A stretch of 64,000 nt of DNA from an uncultured Actinomycetes bacterium (GCA_963736295.1 CAVTOH010000002.1:145822-209821), one strand, 5' to 3'. Shown: positions 1 to 9,661, counted from the stretch's first letter. Made by a program: numbers and translations. The notes: generated by a model from the sequence alone, not told the origin.

Positions 1-2
1 AC

Positions 3-242
3 GGCATCCTGCTCGACGGCAACAGGCTCTACGTCGTCCAGAACGTGCTGAACGTCGTCGCGAAGATCAAGCTCTCCGCGAACTTCGAGAGAGGACGCGT
101 CCTCGAGCGGATCTCGAACCCGGACTTCGACGTGCCGACGACGATCGCGGAACGTGGGACCTTCCTGTTCGCCGTGAACGCGCGCTTCGGCACGCCGCAG
201 ACTCCGACGACCGAGGCCTGGATCACGCGAATCGACAAGTAG
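3..242 (+). CDS. C-terminal fragment of a hypothetical protein (gene begins upstream of the window)
   Basis: Frame is open from the window edge (GILLDGNRLYVVQNVLNVV...) to the stop at 240-242. Codon bias is GC3-rich. No family recognised with confidence. Confidence 0.5.
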   Translation, partial: GILLDGNRLYVVQNVLNVVAKIKLSANFERGRVLERISNPDFDVPTTIAERGTFLFAVNARFGTPQTPTTEAWITRIDK

Positions 243-251
243 AGGGCTAGC

Positions 252-1317
252 TCAGGGCTTGCCTCCGTACCGGCGGGCGTGCCGCGTCTCACGTGCGCGC
301 GCCCGCCAGCGGCGCTTGAGCTCGCGGTGCTCGCGGGTGCCCTTGCGCGCCTTGATCGAGCGGAGCTCGCGCTGGAGCTTGAGATAGCTCGCCCAGCGCT
401 CGGGGTCGAGCGCACCTGACTCGAGCGCATCGCGGATCGCGCAATCGGGCTCAGTGTCGTGTGCACAGTCGTGAAAGCGGCACTCGGCCGCAAGCTCTGC
501 GATGTCGGCGAACGCGCTGTCGACGTCTCCCTCCCAGATCTGCAGCTCGCGCAGCCCGGGCGTGTCGACGAGGATGGACCCGTCGCGGAGGACGAGGAGC
601 TGACGGTGTCTCGTCGTGTGCCGTCCGCGCCCGTCGTTTCGCAGGTCTCCGGTCGGCATGAGCGTGCGCCCCGCGAGCCGGTTCACGAGGGTCGACTTCC
701 CGGTGCCGGACGAGCCCAGCAGGACGAACGTCTTCGCGGGCCGCAGCAAGGCGCGAACTTCCTCGACGCCCTCGCCGGTGACGTTGCTGACCGCCAGCAC
801 GGGGACGCCCACGGCCACAGTTCTCCGCCTCGACGATCTTCTCGAAGTCGTCGCAGACGTCGAGCTTGGTAAGTACGACGACTGGGTCGGCGCCGCTGTC
901 CCACGCAGCGACGAGATAGCGCTCGAGCCGGCGCGGGTTGAAGTCATGGTCGAGGCCGGAGACGAGGAACACCATGTCCACGTTCGCGACGAGGATGTGC
1001 TCCTCGGCCTTGAGCCACGGCGTCTTGCGGGAGACCTTCGTGCGCCGCGGCAGGAGAGCCTCGATCGCCGCCCGGTCTCCGGGCGCATCGCAGACCGCGA
1101 CCCAGTCGCCGACGGCCGGCATGCCTCCCGTGATCTCGTCGTCTCGCAGTCGTCCGCGGGCATGCGCGAGCCGGTCGCCACGCTCGCCACGGACGTAGTA
1201 GCCGCCGCGGTGCTCCGCGACGACGCGAGCGGGCTCGAAACCTCGCTCGGAATAGCTTGTGAAGGCCGCCTCGAGCTCGTCGGTCCAGCCGAGGTCGGCC
1301 AAGGTTCCATCGGACAA
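252..1317 (-). pseudogene. rsgA: Ribosome small-subunit-dependent GTPase RsgA, split by one frame change near 820-830
   Basis: N-terminal OB/EngC part (MSDGTLADLGWTDELEAAF...LVANVDMVFLV...VLTKLDV) is in the frame of ORF 451..1317. The G-domain and Zn-knuckle part (VSNVTGEGVEEV...LLGSSGTGKSTLVNRL...DTPGLREL...CRFHDCAHDTEPDCAI) is in the frame of ORF 252..1322. TTG start at 1317 follows a GAAGGAG Shine-Dalgarno. Confidence 0.85.
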
Positions 1318-1534
1318 CGCAAGACTCCTTCACTCGGTGGAAAGACCTGGCCGCGGCTCGCGGCCGCCGAGGAAGAGCTAGATGGAGGCGACGTCGAGCC
1401 GGAGGGAGATGGAGCTATCGACTTTCATGGTCTTCTCCTCTCGCTCGACGACCCCCGGAGGGTACGGCCTCGTCACCGTGCCGTCAACCGCGCGGGAGAG
1501 GTAGGAGAACGCCGCGGTATCCTGTCGCGGGCGC

Positions 1535-1608
1535 GGTGGCGGTAGCTCAGTTGGTAGAGCCCCGGGTTGTGGTCCCGGTGGTCGCGGGTTCGAGTCCCGT
1601 CCGCCACC
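1535..1608 (+). tRNA. tRNA-His (anticodon GTG)
   Basis: Hand-folded cloverleaf: extra G-1, acceptor GTGGCGG/CCGCCAC, D-arm GCTC-AGTTGGTA-GAGC, anticodon stem CCGGG/CCCGG with loop TTGTGGT, T-loop TTCGAGT. Confidence 0.9.
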
Positions 1609-1677
1609 CCTCTATTGCGGTCAGGCGGTAGCACCGGTCGCCTTGACCACTTCCCCGGGGCGTGCGACGCTCGCCGC

Positions 1678-2010
1678 GTGTCGCTCGGCAGGTTGATCCA
1701 GACGAGAGGGTGGGTGGCGTACGCGCTCGCGGCGGTCTTCATCCTCGCGGGCACGGCGGGGTTCTTCGTCGAGTTCGAGGGTTCGAACGACCGCGTGGTC
1801 TGGCTGGTGCTGCTCCTCGGAGGCGCCGCGGCGATCCTCGCGGGCATCTTCCTCGCGAACGCCACCAGTTGGCTCGCGGCGCTGCTCACGTCGCTCGGAG
1901 GCGCTGCGGGCGGGCTCGTGCTCTTCTGGACGTTCTTTGTGCCCATCGCCGTGGCCGCTCTCATCGCCCTGAGCATCACGATCGCCCACCGCGCGCCGAA
2001 GTCGGCCTAA
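1678..2010 (+). CDS. Small integral membrane protein (hypothetical)
   Basis: Three hydrophobic helices (WVAYALAAVFILAGTAGFF, VVWLVLLLGGAAAILAGIFL, LVLFWTFFVPIAVAALIAL). GTG at 1678 is the first start clear of the tRNA. Start uncertain. Confidence 0.5.
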   Translation: MSLGRLIQTRGWVAYALAAVFILAGTAGFFVEFEGSNDRVVWLVLLLGGAAAILAGIFLANATSWLAALLTSLGGAAGGLVLFWTFFVPIAVAALIALSITIAHRAPKSA

Positions 2011-3390
2011 GTGCGCCACACGCGACACGGGTGGTGGCTCGAGGAAGCCGGCGAGGTCACGCCCACCGCGCCGCTCGAAGGAGAGGTGCGCGCGGACGTC
2101 GTCGTCGTCGGGGGCGGCTACCTGGGGATGTGGACTGCGTGGCAGTTGCTCGAGCTCGAGCCGGAGCTCGACGTCGTTCTCCTCGAGACCGAGGTCTGCG
2201 GGCACGGGCCGAGCGGCCGCAACGGCGGCTTCTGCGAGACGCTCTGGTGGGACGTGTCGACGCTCCGCGAGCGTTCGAGCGATGCGGAGGCGCTCGCCGT
2301 GTGCCGCGCGTCCGAGGATGCGGTTCGCGGCATCGGAGCCTGGGGCGAGTCGAACGGAGTCGACGCCTGGTTCAAGGAGGCTCCGATGCTCAACGTCGCC
2401 ACGACGGAGTCGCAGCTCGGATCGTGGGATGACGAAGTCCGCTCGTGCGCAGCGCTCGGAGTCCCGGACGAGATCGTCCCCATGAGCGCCAAGGAGGTCC
2501 GCGCGCGCTGCGACTCCCCACTCTTTCTCGGCGCGGCGTCGCATCGCCTGAACGCGACCGTGCAGCCCGCAAGGCTGGCGCTCGGGCTCCGTCGGAGGCT
2601 GCTCGAGCGCGGTGTACGGATTAACGAGCGCACCCACGCGACGCGGCTCCACGACGACGGCGGCGTCGAGACCCGACACGGGCGCGTGCACGCAGCGGCG
2701 GCGGTGCTCGCCGTCAACTCGGCGACCGCCGGTTTCCCCGGGTACCGACTCTCGCTCGCCGTCGCCTCGAGTCACATCGTCCTGACGGAGCCCGTGCCCG
2801 ACGTGCTCGAGGAGCTCGGGTGGACGGGCGGCGAGGCGGTCGTCGACAGCCGGACGCTCGTCCACTACATGCGCACCACCCGGGACGACCGGATCGCGTT
2901 CGGCTGGGGCGGCGGCACGATGGGCGTCGGCGGTCGGTTGGCCAGCCGTCTGGAGCTCGACCCCGGTGTCATCGAGGAGACGCGACGGAGCCTCCTCCGC
3001 TTCTTTCCGCAGCTCCAGGGCCGGGAGATCACGCACGCGTGGGGTGGCCCGATCGACGTCTCCCCCACCCATCTCCCGATCTTCGGGAGCCGGGGTCGCG
3101 TCCACCACGGCTACGGCTTCACCGGGAACGGCGTCGGCCCCTCCTACCTGGGAGGCGAGATCCTCGCCCGGCTCGCGCTCGACCGCCGCGACGAGAGAAC
3201 CGCTCTCGCGATCGTGGAGCCCGACCGCAAGCTCTTCCCGCCCGAACCGTTCCGCTACGCCGGCGGGTCACTGATCCGCCGGGCGCTCGTCCGCAAGGAC
3301 GCGGCCGAGGACGAAGGGCGCGATCCGGACCTTGCGACAAGGATCGTCGCGTCGCTACCGCGCCGACTCGGCCTACGCCTTCCGCGCTAG
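2011..3390 (+). CDS. FAD-dependent oxidoreductase (DAO/glycine-D-amino-acid oxidase-like family)
   Basis: N-terminal dinucleotide fold DVVVVGGGYLGMWTAWQL. Full-length 459-aa ORF with coding bias. Confidence 0.75.
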   Translation: MRHTRHGWWLEEAGEVTPTAPLEGEVRADVVVVGGGYLGMWTAWQLLELEPELDVVLLETEVCGHGPSGRNGGFCETLWWDVSTLRERSSDAEALAVCRASEDAVRGIGAWGESNGVDAWFKEAPMLNVATTESQLGSWDDEVRSCAALGVPDEIVPMSAKEVRARCDSPLFLGAASHRLNATVQPARLALGLRRRLLERGVRINERTHATRLHDDGGVETRHGRVHAAAAVLAVNSATAGFPGYRLSLAVASSHIVLTEPVPDVLEELGWTGGEAVVDSRTLVHYMRTTRDDRIAFGWGGGTMGVGGRLASRLELDPGVIEETRRSLLRFFPQLQGREITHAWGGPIDVSPTHLPIFGSRGRVHHGYGFTGNGVGPSYLGGEILARLALDRRDERTALAIVEPDRKLFPPEPFRYAGGSLIRRALVRKDAAEDEGRDPDLATRIVASLPRRLGLRLPR

Positions 3391-3398
3391 CGACGCAC

Positions 3399-4148
3399 GT
3401 GCTCTCCGACTTCGACGTCAATGTCCTCACGGTCTTAGTCGTGGCCGCGATCACTGCGGTTGCAACCGGCCTCGGCGCGCTCCCGTTCCTCTTGAGGCGG
3501 AATCCCGGCCGTTCCTCGATCGGCCTCGCCAACGCCCTCGCCGCTGGGTTCATGGTCGGAGCCAGCGTCGGTCTGCTCTGGGAGGGGTGGTCGCACGGAG
3601 CTGTTCGAACTGTCGCGGGAGCCGCCCTCGGTGTCCTCGCCATCGCGATCGCCCGCCGAGTCCTCGGAAGCATGCCGGAGTCCCACTTCGGCTCGATCTC
3701 GGGGGCGGACGCGCGACGGATGCTGCTCATCGTCGGCCTCATGACGGCCCACTCGTTCAGCGAGGGCGTCGCGGTGGGCGTGTCGTTCGGAGGCGGCGAG
3801 ACCCTCGGTCTCGTGATCGCGCTCGCAATCGCGATCCACAACATCCCCGAGGGATTCGCGATCAGCCTCGTGCTCGTCCCGCGGGGAGTCTCCGTCGGTC
3901 GGGCCGCAGGCTGGAGCATCTTCTCGAGCCTCCCTCAGCCGATCATGGCCGTTCCGGCATTCCTCTTCGTGGAGTCGTTCGAGCAGTTCCTTCCGATCGG
4001 CCTCGGATTCGCCGCGGGCGCGATGCTCTGGATGGTCGCCGCAGAGCTCCTGCCCGAGGCGCTCGAGGTCGCCTCCGCACGATCGGTCATCCCGATCTGC
4101 CTCGGCTCGGCTCTCGCGATGCTCGCCCTCCAGGTGGCGCTTCTCTAA
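3399..4148 (+). CDS. ZIP-family divalent metal (zinc) transporter, ZupT-like
   Basis: Multi-TM protein with the ZIP signature HNIPEGFAI and HSFSEGVAVG. GTG start at 3399, just after the previous stop. Confidence 0.8.
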   Translation: MLSDFDVNVLTVLVVAAITAVATGLGALPFLLRRNPGRSSIGLANALAAGFMVGASVGLLWEGWSHGAVRTVAGAALGVLAIAIARRVLGSMPESHFGSISGADARRMLLIVGLMTAHSFSEGVAVGVSFGGGETLGLVIALAIAIHNIPEGFAISLVLVPRGVSVGRAAGWSIFSSLPQPIMAVPAFLFVESFEQFLPIGLGFAAGAMLWMVAAELLPEALEVASARSVIPICLGSALAMLALQVALL

Positions 4149-4157
4149 GGTCACACA

Positions 4158-5189
4158 ATGGCCGAGGCCCTTGTCACGACGGTCGTCGGGAGCTACCCCC
4201 AGCCGGAGTGGCTGATCGACCGAGAGCGGCTCGGCGAGCGGCTGCCCCCGCGCGTGCGGGCGCGTGAGCTCTGGCGGGTGGCGGAGCAGTACCTCGAAGA
4301 GGCTCAAGACGATGCGACTCGGCTCGCGGTCTCCGACATGGAGCTGGCCGGCATCGACGTCATCACTGACGGCGAGATGCGGCGCGAGAGCTATTCCAAC
4401 CGCTTTGCGACCGCGCTCGAGGGCGTCGACCTCGACACCCCGGGCATCGCCCTCGATCGCACCGGCCACGAGAACCCCGTGCCCAAGGTGATCGGCCCGG
4501 TACGCCGCACGCGCCCCGTCGAGGTGCGGGACGTCGAGCTCCTGCGCGCCATGACCGACCGTCGGATCAAGATCACCGTTCCGGGGCCGTTCACGATGAC
4601 GCAGCAGGCCCAGAACGACCACTACCAGGACGAGCGGAGCCTTGCGCTGGCCTACGCAGAGGCGGTGAACGAGGAGCTGCGCGATCTCAAGGCCGCCGGA
4701 GCGGACGTCGTCCAGATCGACGAGCCATACCTGCAGGCGCGTCCCGAGCCCGCGCGTGAGTACGCCGTCGAGGCGATCGATCGTGCTCTCGCGGGAATCG
4801 AGGGCGAGACGGTGCTCCACACCTGCTTCGGGTACGCGCACATCGTCCACGACCGGCCCGACGGCTACCCGTTTCTCCGCGAGCTGAACGAATGCGCGGC
4901 CACGCATCTGTCGCTCGAAGCCGCCCAGCCGGATCTCGACCCGGAGGTCCTGAGCGATCTCCCGGACAAGTCCATCGTGTTCGGCGTCCTCGACCTGGGC
5001 TCGAGCGAAGCCGAGACGCCGGAGGTCGTCGCCGAGCGGATCCGGAGAGCGCTCGCCGTGGTTTCCCCGGACAGACTCGTCGTCGCGCCGGATTGCGGGA
5101 TGAAGTACCTGTCGCGGGAGCTCGCGTTTCGCAAGCTTCGCGCGCTGGTGGCCGGTACGCAGATCGTGCGCGGGGAGCTGGGCCTCTGA
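4158..5189 (+). CDS. Cobalamin-independent methionine synthase, catalytic-domain-only (MetE C-terminal domain family)
   Basis: VGSYPQPEWL, ITDGEMRRESY, Zn-ligand motifs HTCFGY and APDCGMKY. About 343 aa, as in short archaeal-type MetE. Confidence 0.8.
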   Translation: MAEALVTTVVGSYPQPEWLIDRERLGERLPPRVRARELWRVAEQYLEEAQDDATRLAVSDMELAGIDVITDGEMRRESYSNRFATALEGVDLDTPGIALDRTGHENPVPKVIGPVRRTRPVEVRDVELLRAMTDRRIKITVPGPFTMTQQAQNDHYQDERSLALAYAEAVNEELRDLKAAGADVVQIDEPYLQARPEPAREYAVEAIDRALAGIEGETVLHTCFGYAHIVHDRPDGYPFLRELNECAATHLSLEAAQPDLDPEVLSDLPDKSIVFGVLDLGSSEAETPEVVAERIRRALAVVSPDRLVVAPDCGMKYLSRELAFRKLRALVAGTQIVRGELGL

Positions 5190-6940
5190 GCGAAGGGGTC
5201 GTCACAACCGACCGTTCCCCCGCGTATCGACGCCTCGAGGAGCTGATCGCGTCCGATCGCTGCGTCGTGCTCGACGGGGGGATCGCGACAGAGCTACAGC
5301 GCCTGCGGCCGCTCAAGGGGACGATCGGGCCCGATCCCGACCTCTGGGGCACCTGGGCCCTCTATCGGGCGCCACAGGCCGTCCTCGACGTGCACGCGGG
5401 GTATGTCGCAGCCGGCTGCGACGTGGTCTCGACGAACACCTGGTCGATCCTCTCCACTCCGGAGGTCGCGCTGAGGATGCAGCCGGGCGGCGCGGAGCTC
5501 GGCCACTGGATGGACATCGCCCGCCGGGGAATCCGGCTGGCGCGGCAGGCGATCGGCGAGCAAGGCCGGGTCGACGAGTGCGCCGTGGGCTTCGCGATCT
5601 CCGAGGAGATCGACTCTCCCGAGCGGCAGCGCACGCTCGATCTCCTCGCCCGCGTCTTCGAAGACGAGCCGCCCGACCTCGTCTTGCTCGAGACGATGAC
5701 GCTCCTCCGCGACCCCGGCACCTATGAGATGGTCGAGCGGCTGATCTCGACTGGCCTGCCCGTCTGGGTCTCGTTCCGGCGCTGCCGGCACGGCGTGTGC
5801 AGCGTCTACGGACAGCACTGGGGACCGCCCGAGGGCGACCTCTTCGGCCGGGCTGCCCACCGCTTCGAGGAGATGGGCGTAGGCGCGCTCCTCGTCAACT
5901 GCCTCCCGGTGGACCACGTGCCAGGGATGCTGTCTTGGCTCCGCGACTTCACCGAGCTGCCACTCGGCGTCTACCCGAACCTCGGCCATCTCGCCGGTTC
6001 GCTGTGGCGCTTCGACGACGAGATCGGCCCGAAGGAGTACGCCGAGCTCGCGCTCGCCTGGCGCGCCGAGGGCGCGCAGATCGTCGGCGGCTGCTGCGGT
6101 ACCACTCCCGCGCACATCGAGGCGGCTTCCGAGGCTGTCGAGGATACGAAGCCGGGACGCGAGCGTCCCGCGGTCGCGGTTCCATACGGCGACGAGGTGG
6201 ACGCCGCGGTCCCTGCGAAACCGTGGCTCGACGAGCACGGACGCGTGCTCTTCCCGCTCCCCTTCCCCGAGCTCGTCGTCGACCCGGGTGTCTTCGTGCC
6301 CACGCAAGGGAGCTATCTCGTCTGGAAGCACCTGTTCGAGAGCGGCGCCGGCGAGGGTGCCGCCTGCGTCGACGTCGGCTGCGGCTGCGGCATCCTGGCC
6401 GTCCAGCTCGCGCTGAACGGGGCCGCGAACGTGCACGCCATCGACATCGACCGGAACGCCGTCGCGAATACCCTTGCGAATGCATTCCGGAACGGTGTCT
6501 CGGACCGGGTCAGCGGCGACACCGCCGATCTCTTCGACTGGAAGCCGGAGCGCAGCTTCGACCTCGTCGTCGCGAGTCTCTACCAGCTCCCCGTCGACCC
6601 GTTCGAGGAGCCGACTGGCCACCGTCCCCCCGACTACTGGGGTCGAACGCTCCTCGATCACTTCCTGCGCCTGCTTCCGGAGCTCCTCGCTCCGGACGGC
6701 AAGGCCTACGTCATGCAGCTCTCGATCATCGGCCAGAGCTCCACGGAGCGTCTCCTCGCCCGCGCCGGCCTCGACGCCCGCGTCGTCGAGTTCAGCTTCT
6801 TCCCGTTCGGCCCTCTCTTCGAGGGGAGCCGAGCGCAGATTGAGCGCGTCGAGGGGCTCTCGGACGCGTACCACGTCACCGTCGGCGACGAGGACGTAAT
6901 GGTTGCGTACCTGCTCGAGGTAACGCACCAGAGGCACTAG
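5186..6940 (+). CDS. Fusion protein: homocysteine S-methyltransferase domain + class I SAM-dependent methyltransferase domain
   Basis: N-terminal Hcy-binding domain (VVLDGGIATELQ, DVVSTNTWS, LVNCLP, GGCCGTTPAHI Zn site). C-terminal Rossmann MTase motif I (VDVGCGCGILAVQLA...HAIDID). No canonical start is seen after the upstream stop, so CTG at 5186 is only a guess. Confidence 0.7.
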   Translation: MSEGVVTTDRSPAYRRLEELIASDRCVVLDGGIATELQRLRPLKGTIGPDPDLWGTWALYRAPQAVLDVHAGYVAAGCDVVSTNTWSILSTPEVALRMQPGGAELGHWMDIARRGIRLARQAIGEQGRVDECAVGFAISEEIDSPERQRTLDLLARVFEDEPPDLVLLETMTLLRDPGTYEMVERLISTGLPVWVSFRRCRHGVCSVYGQHWGPPEGDLFGRAAHRFEEMGVGALLVNCLPVDHVPGMLSWLRDFTELPLGVYPNLGHLAGSLWRFDDEIGPKEYAELALAWRAEGAQIVGGCCGTTPAHIEAASEAVEDTKPGRERPAVAVPYGDEVDAAVPAKPWLDEHGRVLFPLPFPELVVDPGVFVPTQGSYLVWKHLFESGAGEGAACVDVGCGCGILAVQLALNGAANVHAIDIDRNAVANTLANAFRNGVSDRVSGDTADLFDWKPERSFDLVVASLYQLPVDPFEEPTGHRPPDYWGRTLLDHFLRLLPELLAPDGKAYVMQLSIIGQSSTERLLARAGLDARVVEFSFFPFGPLFEGSRAQIERVEGLSDAYHVTVGDEDVMVAYLLEVTHQRH

Positions 6941-6964
6941 GCGACCCACTACAGTCGCTTTCGT

Positions 6965-7753
6965 ATGCAGATCGGGAAGCCCGAGAGCTCGGTGAGTCAC
7001 CTCAGCCAGGCCTACGCCGACCGCGTCGAGGTGCGTGGGCGCGACCTCACGGGCGACCTCATGGGCCGGCTCACGTTCACCGAGTACTTCCACTTGCTGC
7101 TGACAGGCCAGGAGCCGACCGAGGACCAGCGCTATTTCCTCGACCTGCTGCTCGTGTCGATCGCGGAGCACGGGATGATGCCGACGAACGTCGCAGCCAG
7201 GATGACGCTCGCCGCCGACCCGGGGTCGCTGCAGGGCGCCGTCGCAGCGGGGATCCTCGGCGCAGGGAGGGTCGTTCTCGGCACGTCCGAGGAGTGCGCC
7301 AGGCTCCTCGACGCCGCGCGCGCTCGTGTCGATGCAGGTGAGACGCCGGAGGCTGTCGCCGGAGGATTCGCGCGGGGTATCCACGTGGCGGGCGGCAAGG
7401 TGCCGGGGTTCGGCCATCCGATCCACCGGCCGCTCGACCCGCGTGCAGAGCGGATCCTCGAGCTCGCTGACGAGCGCGGCGTGAGCGGCCCTCACGTCCA
7501 GCTCGCGCGCTGCCTCCGTTACAGCGTGGCCGAGGCCTGGGGCAAGCCGCTTCCGATGAACGTCGCAATGCCCATCGCGGCCGTGATGCTCGACCTCGGA
7601 TACTCGGTCGATGTCGTGAAAGCCGTGCCGATCCTCGCACGCACCGCCGGCCTGCTGGCGCACCTCGCGGAGGAGCAGGAGCACCCGCTGGGGTTCTTCA
7701 TGGCCGGGAAGGCGGAGGAGGCGGTCGCGTACGAGCCTCCCGAGGAGAGCTAG
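6965..7753 (+). CDS. Short citrate synthase-like protein (citryl-CoA lyase-like)
   Basis: 262 aa. Citrate-synthase large-domain motifs: SIAEHGMMPTN, GFGHPIHRPLDPRA, ARTAGLLAHLAEE. Confidence 0.7.
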   Translation: MQIGKPESSVSHLSQAYADRVEVRGRDLTGDLMGRLTFTEYFHLLLTGQEPTEDQRYFLDLLLVSIAEHGMMPTNVAARMTLAADPGSLQGAVAAGILGAGRVVLGTSEECARLLDAARARVDAGETPEAVAGGFARGIHVAGGKVPGFGHPIHRPLDPRAERILELADERGVSGPHVQLARCLRYSVAEAWGKPLPMNVAMPIAAVMLDLGYSVDVVKAVPILARTAGLLAHLAEEQEHPLGFFMAGKAEEAVAYEPPEES

Positions 7754-9055
7754 TTGCTCGAGCCAGAGGTCGAGACCCGCCCGTGGGACGAGCAGCTCGC
7801 GGTCGACGACGAGAGCTACCGCGCCCAGCTCGCCTACCTCTTCGAACGCTCGGCGTTCTACCGCGAGAAGATCGCCGCGGCAGGCTTCTCCTCGGCGGCC
7901 GCAGCCGGTGGCCTCGCCGACATCTCGCAGCTTCCCCTCACCGAGAAGCACGAGCTCAAGGCGACGAGCACGCGTGAGAACCCCATCGGTGCCCATCTCT
8001 GCGCACCTGCGTCCGAGATCGTGCGGATCTACTCGACGAGCGGCACGACCGGGACGCCGAGCTACATCCCGCTGACGGCGAGCGACCTCGACGACTGGGT
8101 GACCGGGTCGGCCCGGAGCTATGCGGCCTCGGGCATCTCGCAGGGTCAGCGCATCGTCTCCACGTACAACGCCGGGCCGTTCGTGGCGGGAGCGGCGCTC
8201 GCGTCCTTCGACCGCATCGGCCTGTGCCACATCCCCGTAGGCACCGGGAACACCGAGCGCCTGCTCCTGGCCGTCGAGCTCCTCGAGCCCGAAGCCGCGG
8301 TGCTCACTCCCTCGTACGCAGCTCATCTCGTCGAGGTCGCGACCGAGCGCGAGGTCGATCTCGCAGGATCGAGCGTCGAGCGCGTCCTCGTGGCCGGAGA
8401 GCCCGGGGGCAGCGAGCCGGCTCTCCGCGCGAAGCTCGAGGACGGCTGGGGAGCGCGAGTCACCGAGGCGATGGGAATCGGCGACATCGGCGTCTCTCTC
8501 TGGGGCGAATGCGAAGAGCAGGACGGAATGCACCTGGGGGCCCGCGGCTTCGTCCATGCCGAGCTGATCGACCCCGGAACCGGCGAGGCACTTGCGCTCG
8601 AGGACGGAGCCGCCGGCGAGCTCGTGCTCACACACCTCCGGCACCGGGCTGCGCCGCTCCTGCGCTTCCGCACGCGCGACCACGTCGAGGTGTGGACGGG
8701 GCCGTGCCCGTGCGGCCGCACCGCCCCGCGCGTGCGCTGTGTCGGACGGACCGACGACATGCTCATCGTGCGCGGCGTGAACCTGTTTCCCTCGGCCGTC
8801 CGTGAGGTCGTAGGGGCGTTCGCCCCGGACGTGAGCGGCCACATACGCATCAAGCCGCAGGCGCCCGGCGTGAAGCAGGATCCGCCGCTCCCCGTCGTCG
8901 TCGAGCTTGCGCAGAACGCGGGCGGGCAAGAGGGGCTCGCGGACGCGATCCGTGACAGACTCAGGGACGTGCTCGTCGTCCAGACACGGGTGGAGCTCGT
9001 GCCCTGGGGGACCCTCGAGCGCAGCGAGTACAAGTCCAAGCTCGTCGAGCGGTAG
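7754..9055 (+). CDS. Phenylacetate-CoA ligase-like adenylate-forming enzyme (PaaK family)
   Basis: YSTSGTTGTPSYIPLT AMP-binding motif, 433 aa, PaaK-like C-terminus (DDMLIVRGVNLFPS). TTG start abuts the previous stop. Confidence 0.75.
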   Translation: MLEPEVETRPWDEQLAVDDESYRAQLAYLFERSAFYREKIAAAGFSSAAAAGGLADISQLPLTEKHELKATSTRENPIGAHLCAPASEIVRIYSTSGTTGTPSYIPLTASDLDDWVTGSARSYAASGISQGQRIVSTYNAGPFVAGAALASFDRIGLCHIPVGTGNTERLLLAVELLEPEAAVLTPSYAAHLVEVATEREVDLAGSSVERVLVAGEPGGSEPALRAKLEDGWGARVTEAMGIGDIGVSLWGECEEQDGMHLGARGFVHAELIDPGTGEALALEDGAAGELVLTHLRHRAAPLLRFRTRDHVEVWTGPCPCGRTAPRVRCVGRTDDMLIVRGVNLFPSAVREVVGAFAPDVSGHIRIKPQAPGVKQDPPLPVVVELAQNAGGQEGLADAIRDRLRDVLVVQTRVELVPWGTLERSEYKSKLVER

Positions 9056-9060
9056 CGGCC

Positions 9061-9645
9061 GTGCGGAAGCTCCAGACCCAGGGCGTCCACCACATCACGA
9101 TCAACGGTGCAGACCGGCAGACGTCGATCGACTTCTGGGAGGGCGTCCTCGGCATGCCGTTCGTGTTCGAGCAGCCGAACTTCGACAACGCCTCGGAGAG
9201 CCATCTCTATTTCGACCCCGGCGACGGGCGGCTCATCACGATCTTCACGAACGAGGATCGCGAGCCCAGAGCGAACCCGACGCCCAGGGAGCCGGGCTTC
9301 GTCCACCATCTGGCGTTCGCTCTTTCACAGGCCGTCTTCCACCAGGCGGTCGAGCGACTCGACGAGCGCGGGGTCGAGCACTCGGGTGTCAAGGACCGCG
9401 GATTCATGGACTCGATCTACTTCGAGGACCCGCTCGGGCTCCTCGTCGAGCTCGCCTCCTACCGCTTCGAGCCGCCTGTCGGTCACACTCACACGGACGT
9501 GCTGCTAGAGGCGCACAAGCTCCGCGTCGAGCGGGGGGAGGCCAGCATCGACCGGGTGCACCTGGCCGACGCAATCGAGTCGCTCGTCACGCGATCTCAG
9601 GAATCCCTTTCCGAAGACCGGTCCCCGAAGAACCCCTACCGCTAG
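9061..9645 (+). CDS. VOC-family protein (glyoxalase / ring-cleaving dioxygenase fold)
   Basis: GVHHITINGADRQTSIDFWEGVLGMPF and HHLAF...DSIYFEDPLGLLVEL, typical paired VOC modules. Confidence 0.7.
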   Translation: MRKLQTQGVHHITINGADRQTSIDFWEGVLGMPFVFEQPNFDNASESHLYFDPGDGRLITIFTNEDREPRANPTPREPGFVHHLAFALSQAVFHQAVERLDERGVEHSGVKDRGFMDSIYFEDPLGLLVELASYRFEPPVGHTHTDVLLEAHKLRVERGEASIDRVHLADAIESLVTRSQESLSEDRSPKNPYR

Positions 9646-9661
9646 ACACGAGGAGGATCAC

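Noticed and set aside
1621-4907. 495-aa and 490-aa minus-strand ORFs (1621..3108, 3435..4907)
   Set aside because: - They lie opposite the FAD oxidoreductase, ZIP transporter and MetE-type genes, all of which carry diagnostic motifs.
- Neither has motifs of its own.
5294-8929. 1211-aa ORF on the minus strand, the longest ORF in the track
   Set aside because: - It runs antisense to four plus-strand genes with clear family motifs (HMT fusion, citrate-synthase-like, PaaK-like).
- Its translation is Arg/Ala/Gly/Pro/Asp-rich low-complexity sequence with no recognisable domain.
- It is a typical shadow ORF of high-GC DNA.
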